This document shows positions 49,024-60,726 of a stretch of 64,000 bases of DNA, piece after piece; positions within the stretch are counted from its first letter, which is position 1, and every line of letters starts with the position of its first letter. The stretch is from Catajapyx aquilonaris. Its lineage: Eukaryota. Where the stretch lies: contig JYFJ02001996.1 in the NCBI GenBank assembly GCA_000934665.2, positions 1 through 64,000 on the forward strand, given 5' to 3'. A program made the translations under genes and the position numbers. The notes beneath the pieces are model-generated. The model saw only the letters and a program-made list of their open reading frames with translations. It made no database searches and was not told where the DNA came from.

Positions 49024-52000
49024 ATGAGCAGCCCTACAACATTGCAACAGGAGTGCCGCACGACTGAAGTGTCTGTTATTGAAGCGTTCTACCAGTGTGT
49101 GAAAGATGGGCAGGCTGAAGAACTTTTGGAAGGCAGAAGGCATCTTTGTTTGCATGCTGACACAGTTCATGGCTTGTGGACAGCTATCAATTCACCCTCC
49201 CAATCAAGAGTGGAGTGTCATCTGAGTGAAGTGCGCCACATTTTGCAGAACATTCCTGGTCTGAAAGTATTGTGTAGCACGCCAACACCATGGAATGTGA
49301 ACTTGGATCTTTTTCCTTCTGTTCGAAAGTTACATATAGCAAAACTAAGGACAGAGCACATAAAGGGTCTTGCAAATCTCCGGCCACAGATAGAGACTTT
49401 GAGTGCATACAAAATGATGTTTGGGATGAATGATTTGCTGTCTCGTTGTGGAGGTGATTTTGCCCCACCCAGTCCATGGCCAATGCTTCGAAAATTTAAC
49501 TTAGCCTACAATCACATTATCAGCCTGGATGAATCAGTGAATTTGATTTCATCTGTTGAAGTTCTAGATTTGAGCCACAATCAAATACAAGATGGAACTG
49601 GAATAGAACACCTCTCTCAACTCCAGTCCCTTCACTTGTCCTACAACATGCTAACATCCATTCCAGTTTTCTCTCAGAATGCTATTCTGACAGTTCTCAA
49701 TATTAGGCACAATTATATAGAATCACTCAATGGTGAGTGTGAGATTGATATTATTGTGGCAGTCTTTTACAGAGCCAACATTTTTTTGACAGGTGTTCAG
49801 GTGCTCATAGCATTGACATCCTTGGATGCTAGAGATAACATGGTAAGCAACATTGGAGAAGTTCAACACCTGCATCCTCTTGAGAAACTGAAGGAACTTA
49901 GATTGGAAGGCAATCCAATGACTACCTGCCCACATTTTAATCTGATTGTTGCCTGTGCTTTAAATCCACGCACCGCTTCTTCTGTGGAGGTAAATAGTCC
50001 CCCTTGACTGTCCTACAATGCAGAGTCTGAGTTACCTACATTCAGTGACACGATATATTTTGCATGTTTTTGCTGATCTGCTGGAGAATTAAGGTTGTTT
50101 GAAGGGGTGTGATTTAAATTTAAAGATTTACTGTATTTGACATTTGTTTTAAGTATGCCAAGGAGAACTATAGAAAACCATAAACAGACTAGCCAGCTCT
50201 GACAAGGGAACAGTAAGTATTGTCAATGGAGTTGCTGAATGAAACGTGGCACAATAATACAGGCAGGTAAGTTATTAAACAACATGCAAACTGTTTCTGC
50301 GTAGCGCTACAAGGTCAAAAGTTATGACTTCTCGATGTCAACCCAAGCAACTTACCTTACGAGCGAAGTTTCAGATGTTGCACTTTAAAAAGCAGACATT
50401 TTATTACATCACTGGAAAGGGATAATACTCTGATTACAACGAGCTAAATTGCTAGATCGCAACCATATTTGAAAAAGGCCCTTCTGAATTTTTTCGAAAA
50501 AAAAAATTATACAAAAATTATTTTCTCTCAAATTACGTGCCCAATAAGCATCAAATCCAGGTTATAGCCTACTCTTATTCAGAAGATCAAGTTCCCCAAT
50601 TTGTCATAAGCCAGAGACATAAACCACTTGCAGATGAAGAGAAGCATCGTACATTAGTACATCTACAACTGTTTGTAACAATGTGTTCAAATCAAAACAT
50701 GTCCGTAGAATGAGAACATCACCTGTTTAATATGACATCGTGTGGGATAGCACTGTACAGTATAAAGAGAGAGAAAGCAGGGAAACTTTTTAATATGTTA
50801 TTTTTGTCGGCTCGTAGAACGCCATTGGCCCATTGCATATACAAAAGTTTTAGACATAATCGTGAGGCGGTGAGGATATTGACTAATTGCAGTCGACGAC
50901 TCATTGACGGTTTAAAAAAATCTTCCCCCGAAGACCTGTGGACATTTCTCCGCTACTATCAGCATCATTCATAGTTTAATTTTTCGAAATGTAATGATTG
51001 CTCTGAAAATTTGAACTAAATGCCCTTATTTGTGTTCTTATCCAAATGAAGATGTTCGAAAACGAAAACCGGATATGTTCAAAACTACTTCAGTTATTTA
51101 TATTTTATTTGAGCGACCCTGTGATCGGGCAGGGCCCTTTTAGGCGGTACTTCAGTTATACTTTTATATATGTGACTCTGGGTACAAAAAGTTCCCAAGT
51201 CACCAGAGGAAAATTAAAAAACAGTCGATTAGACTGCAATTAGGCAATTTCCTTACCGCCTCATGATTACGACTAAAACTTTTGTATATGCAATGGGCCA
51301 ATGGCCTTCTACTGAGCTGACAAAAATAACTTATATTAAAAAACAGTTTCCCTGCTTTCTCTCTCTTTATTCTGTACAGTGCTATCCCACACTGTCATAT
51401 TATGCATAAGATGTGCTTGTTGTACAGACATGTTTTGATTTGAGCACATTGTCACAAACAGTTGTAGATGTACTAATGTATGATGCTTCACTTCATTTGC
51501 AAGTGGTTTATGTGTCCGGCTTCCGACAAATGAGGGAACTTGATCTTCTGAATTTTCCAAGAGTAGGCTATAAGCTGGATTTGATGCCAATTGGGCACGT
51601 AATTTGAGAGAAAATCATTTTTGTATAATTTTTTTTCTTCGAAAAAATTTAGAAGCGACTTTTTCAAATATGGCTGCGATCTAGCAATTTAGCTCATTGT
51701 CATCAGAGTAATTATCCCTTTCCAGTGATGTAATAAAATGTCTGCTTTTTTTAGTGCGATATCTGAAACTTCGCTCGTAAGGTAAGCTGTCCGGGCTGAC
51801 ATGGAGAGGTCATAACATTTGACCTTGTAGCGCTACGAACGGTTTACATTGTGTTCAATAACTTACCTGCCTATATTATTGTGCCAAGTTTCATTCAGAA
51901 ACTCCATTGACAACACTTACTGTTCCCTCGTTAGAGTCAAATTCCCAGGAAGTCCATGTGACAGTAAATGTCTGACCCTTATGCAATATTCCTTTTGTCT

Positions 52001-55000
52001 TATGATGATATGGTTTCAGTTCACTCTAGATTCTATGGCTTTAGATAAGCAGTCAGTTAGAACAGCTCTGACAATTAATTCTACTACTGGACAAGAGGTA
52101 TCATCACTCTTCACCAAGTTAGGAATTACAACAAGCCAATGTGAGCATGGTCTTTTCTTTTCTTATTTCTTGATAATGCTTGGTGTTACTGAGATTTTGA
52201 TTACAGTGTCCAACTGCAATAATGGTGCTGGCAACAGCATTCAGAAGGGTAAGAGGCACCAGAAATTTCCACGTACACGACAAGTTGAGATAGCTGAACC
52301 ACAAGGAGAAAATGAGAAAGTGCCTGAACAAGTTGCCCCACTACTTGAAGGTGAGTGTTGCACTTGAAGAAATATTTACATTTCAGAAGTTGTCCTTTTT
52401 AGATTCTCCAGAACATCTGAAAATGAAATGCCAAATTGAAAATGTAAGAAAGCAGTTTGGAGAAGAGAATTGGCTGCATAGTCAGGCTGGGAGCTTTGTG
52501 CGGCAGTTGTTGGGGTTTACACAAGGCAGAGAGACAGGCACATCTGAATTAGTAACTACTGAGGCAGAAATTCACAATTTTCCAAGAAGTTCCAATGAGG
52601 AAAACAACAGCCCACTTTTGGATGTAGAGTTTTTGGAAAACCCGAAAGTGCAACCTGAGACTTGTGAAACACTCACTGAATCAAGTGAAACATCATCCAG
52701 TGATGAAGAGAGAGATGACTCAATGAGTGACACTGCAGTATTAAATGATGGTAATTGTTCTAGAGCAGTGAATGTTTTTGCAGGTGTAATGAGGACCATG
52801 TCTTTTTCAGATGTACATGATGCCACATATTTTGTGCAACACGTTAGCAGAGAAAATAGTCATGTTATTTTAACTATATCAGACAAGTTTATCAAAGAAA
52901 AGGATGTTGAGACTGCCCTTGTGATCCACTGTTGGGATGTTAGCAGCTTGCTAAGCCTTGAATGCATAAAGATAGATCCTGTCACCATCAAACTGGAATT
53001 TGACACTATTAAAAGAGATGCTGTGATAAGGGAGTATTTGATTCAAGAAGAGGATTTTCAGGTCAGTTTTAAATGAGAAATTGCTTGTCGTGTTTAAAGA
53101 CAATGCTCTCTTAACAGGATTTGCGAACTCGTCTGCATCCCACATTGGAGGCAAATGCTTCCAAAATGATGCAGGCAACAATGCAGTGCCTCAAATGTGA
53201 ATCAGAATTTTATTGTGGTGCTGCACAAAAAAAACGTCATGTAGAGGAAGGTGGTGAAGGTAAGATTTGGCCTGTCGTAGGACACAAAGTTTCAGCTTGC
53301 CTATAAAATGAGCGTTTCTTGGCAGAGAATCAGCAGGAATTTTTAACCTGCCCTGTGTGCTCCAGTGATAAGATATTTGAACTGGATTCCACACATGCAC
53401 CTATGTACAAGAAAGGCAAAGGTGGGGGGGACTCACCTACTAGCTCGTCTACATGTGAGAGCTCCAGCACACTTACAGGTGAACAACAATCAGTGGCATA
53501 ATTGCATGGTTTAATAACAATTGGCCCCATGCTCAAATCAATTGCAGCATATGACTCTGCCCTTAATTCACTTCCTCGGTATCCTGTGGGTAATGCAGGT
53601 GGTATATTGTCCTTCAACCAACCTGACTCCAGGCGCATGACAGACCTTGCTTCAGCATTCGCAACTAGTACCATCCCTGCTAACACCACACATGGTGCAG
53701 AGGTTATGACACTAATGGCACGGGCTGACTCAACCTCAAACAGTGATCTGGAATGCATGGGTGAGTGCTGTAATGTGATGGTCACTTGAGGCTGCTTCAC
53801 AAATGAGGTAGAAGAGTGAGCAGGTGGGCAATGGGTCTTTAGGGTGCAGAATGTGAGTGGCAATAATTCACAAATTCCGTGGATTGCCAAAGGCCAACTG
53901 GATGGACTGTCAGTGGGCTTCTAGTCCAGGGGGTTGGAGGAGGTGGTGCACAAAAGCAAAAAAATAAAAAGAGTGAACGAAAGAAAGAANGGGGGCATTG
54001 CTATCCTTGTGAGGAATTTTTTTCGCGTTTTTCCTGTCCTTGTGAGGAATTTTGTCATTACGAGGTAGTTTTCCTGTACCTCATTGTGAACACGCCTCAC
54101 AAGGATAGGGAAAAATCGAAAAATACCTCATAAAGACAGTAAAAATATATTTCACCAAAATTTTGTGTGTTTCCGTGTAGGTTAGGTTAGTTTTAAATTT
54201 TAAATTTTGGAAAAACCTCACAAGAATAGGAATGCGTGCTTCTGTGGGTGTGTATGAAGACAAGAGACAGACTGGTCTCTGCCCTGTAGTTGCTCCAACA
54301 AGGCCAAATTTGTCTTCCTACTGTCAGGCATACTGAGTACGTTTACATGGGACTAAAAATCGGCCTGACCCAGGCCTCCTAAGCAAGGCCTGCCTATGCA
54401 AAGCCTGCTCCCACTTTTGCCACTGCTACATGGGACTGACTACCAGGCACTACATGGGAGAGAGGGGGTGAGCCGCCCAAAAATAGTCCCTACCATGCCA
54501 GGCCCTACTCCGCTCCTCACAGCAAAATGTGCAATGTGTGCAGCTACCGCATGGGCTGCCCGTGATAATTAGGCAGTTGAATTACATGTACCAGCACTGT
54601 TTATTCGAGAAAGCCACAGATACGGGGGGACTAATTTCGCGGCCGGTAGTCCACTCAGAAGCAAGACCTGCGCTGTTCCATAGCAGCCAATCACCGCCAT
54701 CGCCTTAGGTAGACCACCCGATCCAAAAGGCTTGGGCTGCGCGGACAACGGCTCAGATAAGGCCGGTCTATCGTAGGCCCAGCGGCTACATGGGAGTAAA
54801 CCGGTTCGCCTAGCATAGGCAGCCGTAGCTAGGCCGATTTTTAGTCCCATGTAAACGCACTCATTGTTTTCCTAAAAAGGTGCAGGCCATTCATTGGGTT
54901 AATGGGACCTGCCACGAGTTTCTGCCTGCTGTGGTGATTTTAACTCTAGTGTCTTGTTTGCCAGTTTTACACCTGCTCCCTGCTGCCACCCATTACCTGC

Positions 55001-58000
55001 TTGCTGGCTCTTCTACCATTTGTGAAACAGCCTTTAGGCCTTCATTTCTTGAGAATTACGAGTTATGACTATTTTGTTATTAATATTTTGTAAGCATGTG
55101 TTGTGACCCTAGTTAAGTTTACAGATGATTAAAGGATAGTTGTAATATATTTGAATCGTTGAAATCAAAACTGCGCTCTGTTGCATTTTCAAGTTTTGCG
55201 AATCTCGGCCTTATTGAACGAAGCCTAATGACGAAAGTACGGATCACACATGCATGATATTGGTATCCACGGAAAGATTTGGCGAGACTGTCCACAGACA
55301 GACAGACAGAGCCGTTCTATAAGACTTTTTCTCTCGAAAAAGGTTTAAAACACTTAGGTCCCGGACCAGGTTGGCACACCGCATAACTCGTGACCTAAGA
55401 GCCCGATCATGTGCCGCCAACTCTCAAGTGGCTGATATAGGCCCAGGGACCACATGTGCCAAGTGGCACCTTCTTATCATAAAGTGCAAAGTTAAAATGC
55501 TTACGGCCCATACTATTGCGACAAGCAACGAACAAATACCAGAGTTTATCGGACCACGTTTCAACGTTTGACGCCCTGGTCCAAGGGCGAAGTGACAGGG
55601 AGGGGATGTTCTGTGTGCAGTGCATTGTCGTTTACGAAGGTCATTTTGTTAGCTCCCCTGGTGGTTAGTGCTGGGGAAATCTCACCCAAGGCGAAGCCGG
55701 AGACGACCCCGAACTCCTCACGAGATGAAAGGGGGGAATGCCTGGGCTTGGGATCGAACCCAGGGCCCTTACATCCGTGGCCGCATACGTTACCGCAGTA
55801 CCACTTCGCCTCCCCTGCAGACGTTACACTTAGAGAGAAACATTATGCCGACATACATTATCAGACCACGAACACAGGCGGTAATATGCGACACACCTCT
55901 ACGTATTTAGAACACCACATGTGCCACTCGACCGAAGGAATCAGGAAACCCAACATTGGACCTAGTTTCCGTGTGCTTCCTTTCATTCGATATTCTATGG
56001 AACGTAAATCCGCACTATGTTCTGAGTATGTTGCAAGTGGGGGGTGTACTACTGCCTCTCACTGTACGGCGCCTGCTTGAGCTATGAGCGTCGAACCACC
56101 TGGGGTGGGTTCAGTTTCGACGGAACTATTTTTCCCGCACTCTGTTCTGCGAATCATAATTGCGAGTTTCGTGCATCATAAATTTGATTTTCGCTCAACG
56201 TAGTGTGGGTTTACGTTCCACGGCAGTGTGGAAATCAAAACCGCGCTATGTTTTTTTGGGGGCCTCTGCGGGGGGGTCCAACTGTCTTGCCATTCACCAA
56301 AGCAGTGGTGGCGGAGGGGATATGGTATCCGACTGCTAATCGGGAGGTCCTGGGTTGGAATCCCGGTGCCGGCAACTCTAACCGTGGTTTTCTGTGGTTT
56401 CCCACGGTTCCTCCAGGAAAATTCCGGAGTTGTTTCCTGAACTAATAGGCCACAGCCGCCTCCTTCCTTTCCTATCCCAAAAAGCGCAGTAAAAACGAAA
56501 CGAAGAGTTCCAGTCAAAAAAATAATATCCCCCTAAAGAGCCGCTGGTTGATAACGGGGTATGAATTATTATTATTATTATCAACTGTCTTGCCATTCAG
56601 TCATCGTTCAACTCACGGGGGTCGGACCACCTGGTATGTCGACAGTTTCGCCAAATCTTTCCGTGGATGCCAATATCACGCATGTGTGATCCATATTATC
56701 GTTGTTATAGGCTTCGTTCAATAAGGTCAAGATTCGCAAATCTTGAAAATGCAACATAGCGCGGTTTTGATTTCCGCGATTCATTTGTAGCAAATACATC
56801 TTTTTACCATTCTGAACAAAAAAATAATAGCCTCCAGTTTGATTTTTGAGCCATATGGGCATATTGTGGATTGACGGAGAGCAACGAAACTGGTGTGTTA
56901 TTGTGGCACTTCCCCTTCCTGTAATGGGATTTTCCCCCAAGGAGAAAAATAAATAATAATAATAATAATAATAATAATAATTATTATTATTATTATTATT
57001 ATTTATTTTATTTTTTTCCCCGTGCTAGGCATCAAAGGCCTCTTTGGGGAGTGGCACACCACCATCAGTTTTCTCTGTGTATTACACTTTTCTTCATTCA
57101 CCGGTGCAAAGAGTCAAGGATGTCGGGTAGGGGTAGGGATTTTTTGGGGAGGGAACATAGGTGCAAGTGCAATGTCTACAAATGGGTCATGTGCTGTCCC
57201 CCAGGAGGTTAGGTTGCCAGACACCTCCAAGGTGCAGGTCAGAGACCCTCCTGACGCAGGTGAAAGGAAAGTTTTCCAGGCGGGGATCGAACCTGGGGCC
57301 TTTCACTCAGCAAGCCGTGACGTTACCATCACGGCCACCACACCTCCCCCATATTATTATTATTATTATTTTTATTTTTTTTATTATTGAGTCATCAATA
57401 GGGAATGTGTAAACACAGCATGGCTCTTTGAACACATTGTAGTTTCTACTCAGCATTCCCTAAAAATGGAAGCAGAGAAATAATTCAGTCACGGTGCCAA
57501 TGAGAAAATTCCTCTATCCAATCAAAAAGCACGGAACATTCAGGAAGGACATATGATTAAATAGGAAACTTTTTTCCACTGTCATCCATTCCTTCATGCC
57601 AGGGATGAATTCAAATGCCAGTTTTGTTGAATAGAAGTTTACAGGAAAAATTCAGGAATGTCAGTTTTTGCTGCTGTAAAGGATGAGCGTACATGCCTGA
57701 TTCTTAAGAAAAGACAGCCACCTCCAACTTTCACTTGCTGCAGGAGGTCATCTGTCACAAAGGGATTGTTCTAACTGCTTTGAAAAATAAAACTCTTTGT
57801 AGCAAGTAAAGATTGTGAATTAGCCTGATGATGAAATATCTATATTTTTCATGCAGTGAGAACCTTGTAATTCACAATGTGATTCTGCAGGACACTATTA
57901 AATTTACGAAGTTTAATCTGTCATAAAGTTGTTACAGTACTTTCTGTATGTTTGAGCACAGGTTCAGCATCATCTCTGTTGGAGGGGCAGGCAGGAGTTT

Positions 58001-59727
58001 CAGATGCTAAGCGTGACAGTGACATTGAAGTAATCAGCAGTCCAAGTCAGAACAGCATTGAAGTTTTGGCACCAGGATTGGAACGCAGAGGAGGGTGAGT
58101 TTCTTTTGCAAGCATGAGAAACATCATGCACAGTACTAATGACTGTGTCATGTAGGGATGCTGAGGAAGCTGCTTCCAGTCGAATTCTTTGTGACAAGAG
58201 GGATCCTGTCTTCCCGACCATTATGGATAGTAAGTTTTTGTAGATGAGGACAGTTGGTGTCTGACATAATAATTTAGGTTCTTTAACAGATAATTATGAT
58301 ACAACATTTAGAAGTGTGCAGAACTACTCCACTCCTGTGGTTTCAATTTCACACTCTGGCATCCATCGGGGCAGTCCAGATGTATTTGCAACCCCAGGGT
58401 CGAGTTTTACCAATTCTGAATATTTTGACACTACCAGCAACAGGAAATCTCCATGTCAGAGCTTGCACTTAAGTGTGGAAAGGCCTGATTCACTGGTATC
58501 GTCCAACTCCACCCATTCTGACTCCCTTAGAATGAATTATACTCAGAAGCCTGAAGCTGTTGTTGAGTCGCATAGACCAGAAAGACAAATCTTTTCCAAT
58601 GAAAAGTTTGATGATGTGGATCATCGTTTGCAGTTACATTTTTGTGTCAATCTGTTTGGAAGCGATGAAGAGTTCCAGAGTTGCCTTAATGTGAGTTTGC
58701 CTGCAATGTATACCTTGGGCCACATGCCAGAATTTGTGCTTTTCAGGCTGATATAGTGTTGCCTAGCACACCAGGGATGTTCCCAGGATTGTTTGTGATA
58801 TCAAGCCTCAAGGTTTATGTCCTCAAGATTATTGGCAATAATTGGTGAGTCTGACAGCTGCAAGAAAATTATCTGTTGCTGACCTGATTGGTTCTAGGGA
58901 TACTCCCAAGATGTCACTTGAGCAAGTTGATTCCTACATGCTGAAGCAAATGTCCCAGTTGTTGATTGTGGCTGGAAAGCAAGCAGTGACTGTGGAATTT
59001 CAGCCCAAAGGATCACTTGGTCTAGTCATGATGGATATTGGAAAGACTGAAAGATATGTGGAACACATTTCAGGTGAGTTGTGGCCTCATTTGGTATTGA
59101 TTTGCATTAACCTAGACTTGGTCTTCCAGATGTGCTTAGGAGAAGCAACTTGGACGTGAAGATTGTCAACTGTCTCAATACGCAAGAGTTGGCCATGTTG
59201 CAGAAGTTGGAGGAGAGTGGGAATCTGCAGCATGGATCAGTATTAAATGTTTGCTTATGCTATTCTGATTCAGGATGTCAAGGTTTGGTTTTTTTGTCAT
59301 ATTGATTCTTTAAAATGTTTATGTCTAAATTTTTTCAGCTGCCCCTGAGTTAACCACTTTGGTCGTAACAAGATCTCATGTAGCCCTATTTGGAGGAGAT
59401 ATTCAATGGATTTTATCATCAACACAAGGCCCAGGCAAAGTGAAACTCTGTCAACCTGTTGAAAATCTATCAGGATTTGTGAGTCCTTTTTTTGTTCAGC
59501 TATTTCCAAAGGATTCTAAAATGAATTGATGTTTACAGGAAAGTGAAATGACGCAGGTGATAGTGACCTTCTACGATGAGGATTCAAATTCTCTTGCAAA
59601 GTGGAGGCTATCAACATCTTCCTTGGAGGGTGCAGCCTTCATTGTTGAAACCTTGCGGAAACCATGGGAGGATGTATTCCAGGTATCACTGGTGTCTCCG
59701 TCTGGCTGCCCTACAGAAGAACATTGA
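49024..59727 (+). CDS. STK11IP: Serine/threonine-protein kinase 11-interacting protein (LIP1) orthologue, ~1,213 aa, N-terminal LRRs
   Basis: Exons 49024-49732, 49793-49989, 52020-52140, 52207-52350, 52403-52750, 52811-53061, 53118-53259, 53326-53478, 53548-53760, 57962-58094, 58156-58229, 58290-58690, 58747-58844, 58898-59073, 59130-59282, 59339-59478, 59539-59727; GT-AG, phases consistent, 3642 nt. LRRs (LDLSHNQI, LHLSYNML, LRLEGNP) followed by motifs recalled from this family: RKQFGEENWL, QCLKC...CPVCSS, SDIEVISSPSQNSIEVL, DHRLQLHF, LRKPWEDVFQVSL. Confidence 0.9.
50197..51936. mobile_element. Foldback element, ~700-bp arms, ~325-bp spacer, filling most of STK11IP intron 2
   Basis: 50197-50900 is the diverged reverse complement of 51225-51936. 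Confidence 0.9.
54335..54862. mobile_element. PIF/Harbinger-type MITE
   Basis: GAGTACGTTTACATGGGACTAAAAATCGGCCT...AGGCCGATTTTTAGTCCCATGTAAACGCACTC. Confidence 0.8.
55355..55815 (-). mobile_element. tRNA-derived SINE, family B variant
   Basis: Head and core align with 37460-37703; 3' part differs and its boundary is approximate. Confidence 0.75.
56297..56581 (+). mobile_element. tRNA-derived SINE, family C
   Basis: 18-bp TSD CAACTGTCTTGCCATTCA (56279-56296, 56582-56599); (TTA)n tail. Confidence 0.9.
56981..57350 (-). mobile_element. tRNA-derived SINE, family A, full length
   Basis: A box TGGCCGTGATGG, B box GGTTCGATCCCC, (AAT)n tail on the minus strand. Confidence 0.9.
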
Positions 59728-59879
59728 CTTTACATTCTATGGATCTGATCACTTTAGCAAGTCACATTGTTAACCCTCCTAAATTCAACTATGCAATAAG
59801 ATGAGATGTAACAATCTGACTCCAATATACCTGCATCAACTGCATTGCACTTCTTAACTACTAGAATGAACCATTATTG

Positions 59880-60600
59880 CAGTGAAACCTGTATATAGCG
59901 GAATCGCATGGGACCCCACAAAATTTCCGTTATGGACAGGTTTCCGCTATAACCAGATCAAGGACGTTACTCTTTTTTTTTTGCTGGCAGGAAACAGAGG
60001 AAAATGGGGAGAGCAAAAATAAGCACCTTACCTCAATATGGTGCAAAATCAGAATTTTGCCTGCTGCATTGGACCATCAGCCCGGACTCGGGCAATATGT
60101 TGCACCCGTGTCAACCCCTTCCTCTTCCCCGACATAACTGGACCGAACTGTGAACTAAAAGGCACCTAAGAGTCACATGAGTCACATCTTGTTGGTCTGT
60201 CCTGAAAGCCGATTTTCGAGTTTCGCAACCAAAAATAGTCCCCCTCTCCTCACCCTTTATCTGCAAGGCCACAGGCCATAGCAATTCCAGAATTTACTAG
60301 ACACATGTGGTCCAAAAAGGGTTACTCAGAGGCCACCTGGAATTGCCGATAGTGAACCCGGCTGTAGTTTCTAAGTTTGTGACTCGCACGAGATAATGCG
60401 AACCTTTTGATTTCCGCTATGAACAGGGATTTTCTCTGAAGGGAGCCAAAAATCCCTTCCGTTTCTGCATTGGGCAGGTTCCGTTATATATCCGTCAAAA
60501 AATACATTGTATGCCCTATGCATATGCCCGTTCCCGGAAAAAATTTCGTAATGGATAAGTTTCCGCTATATCCAGGGTCCGTTATGGGCAGGTTTCACTG
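59880..60600. mobile_element. Tigger/pogo-type MITE
   Basis: CAGTGAAACCTG...CAGGTTTCACTG|TA with repeated TTCCG(C/T)TAT motifs. Confidence 0.8.
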
Positions 60601-60726
60601 TATTATTATTTGACAGGTGATTTTCCAGAATGCTTGATGGAAGTGGAGAAGCAAATACAGTATATCTTTGGCATTAAGGAGAAAGGGCGAATAGACCATT
60701 TTTCAAAAAAAGGCGAAAATGCATAT

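Noticed and set aside
54178..54192. TTAGG telomeric repeat (also ~29657-29683)
   Set aside because: Only 2-3 units, inside repeat elements.
57235..57275. Hammerhead ribozyme in SINE A (CTGACGC...GAAA)
   Set aside because: Core is not CUGANGA and there is no stem II. CTGACGAG at 14760 also lacks a downstream GAAA.
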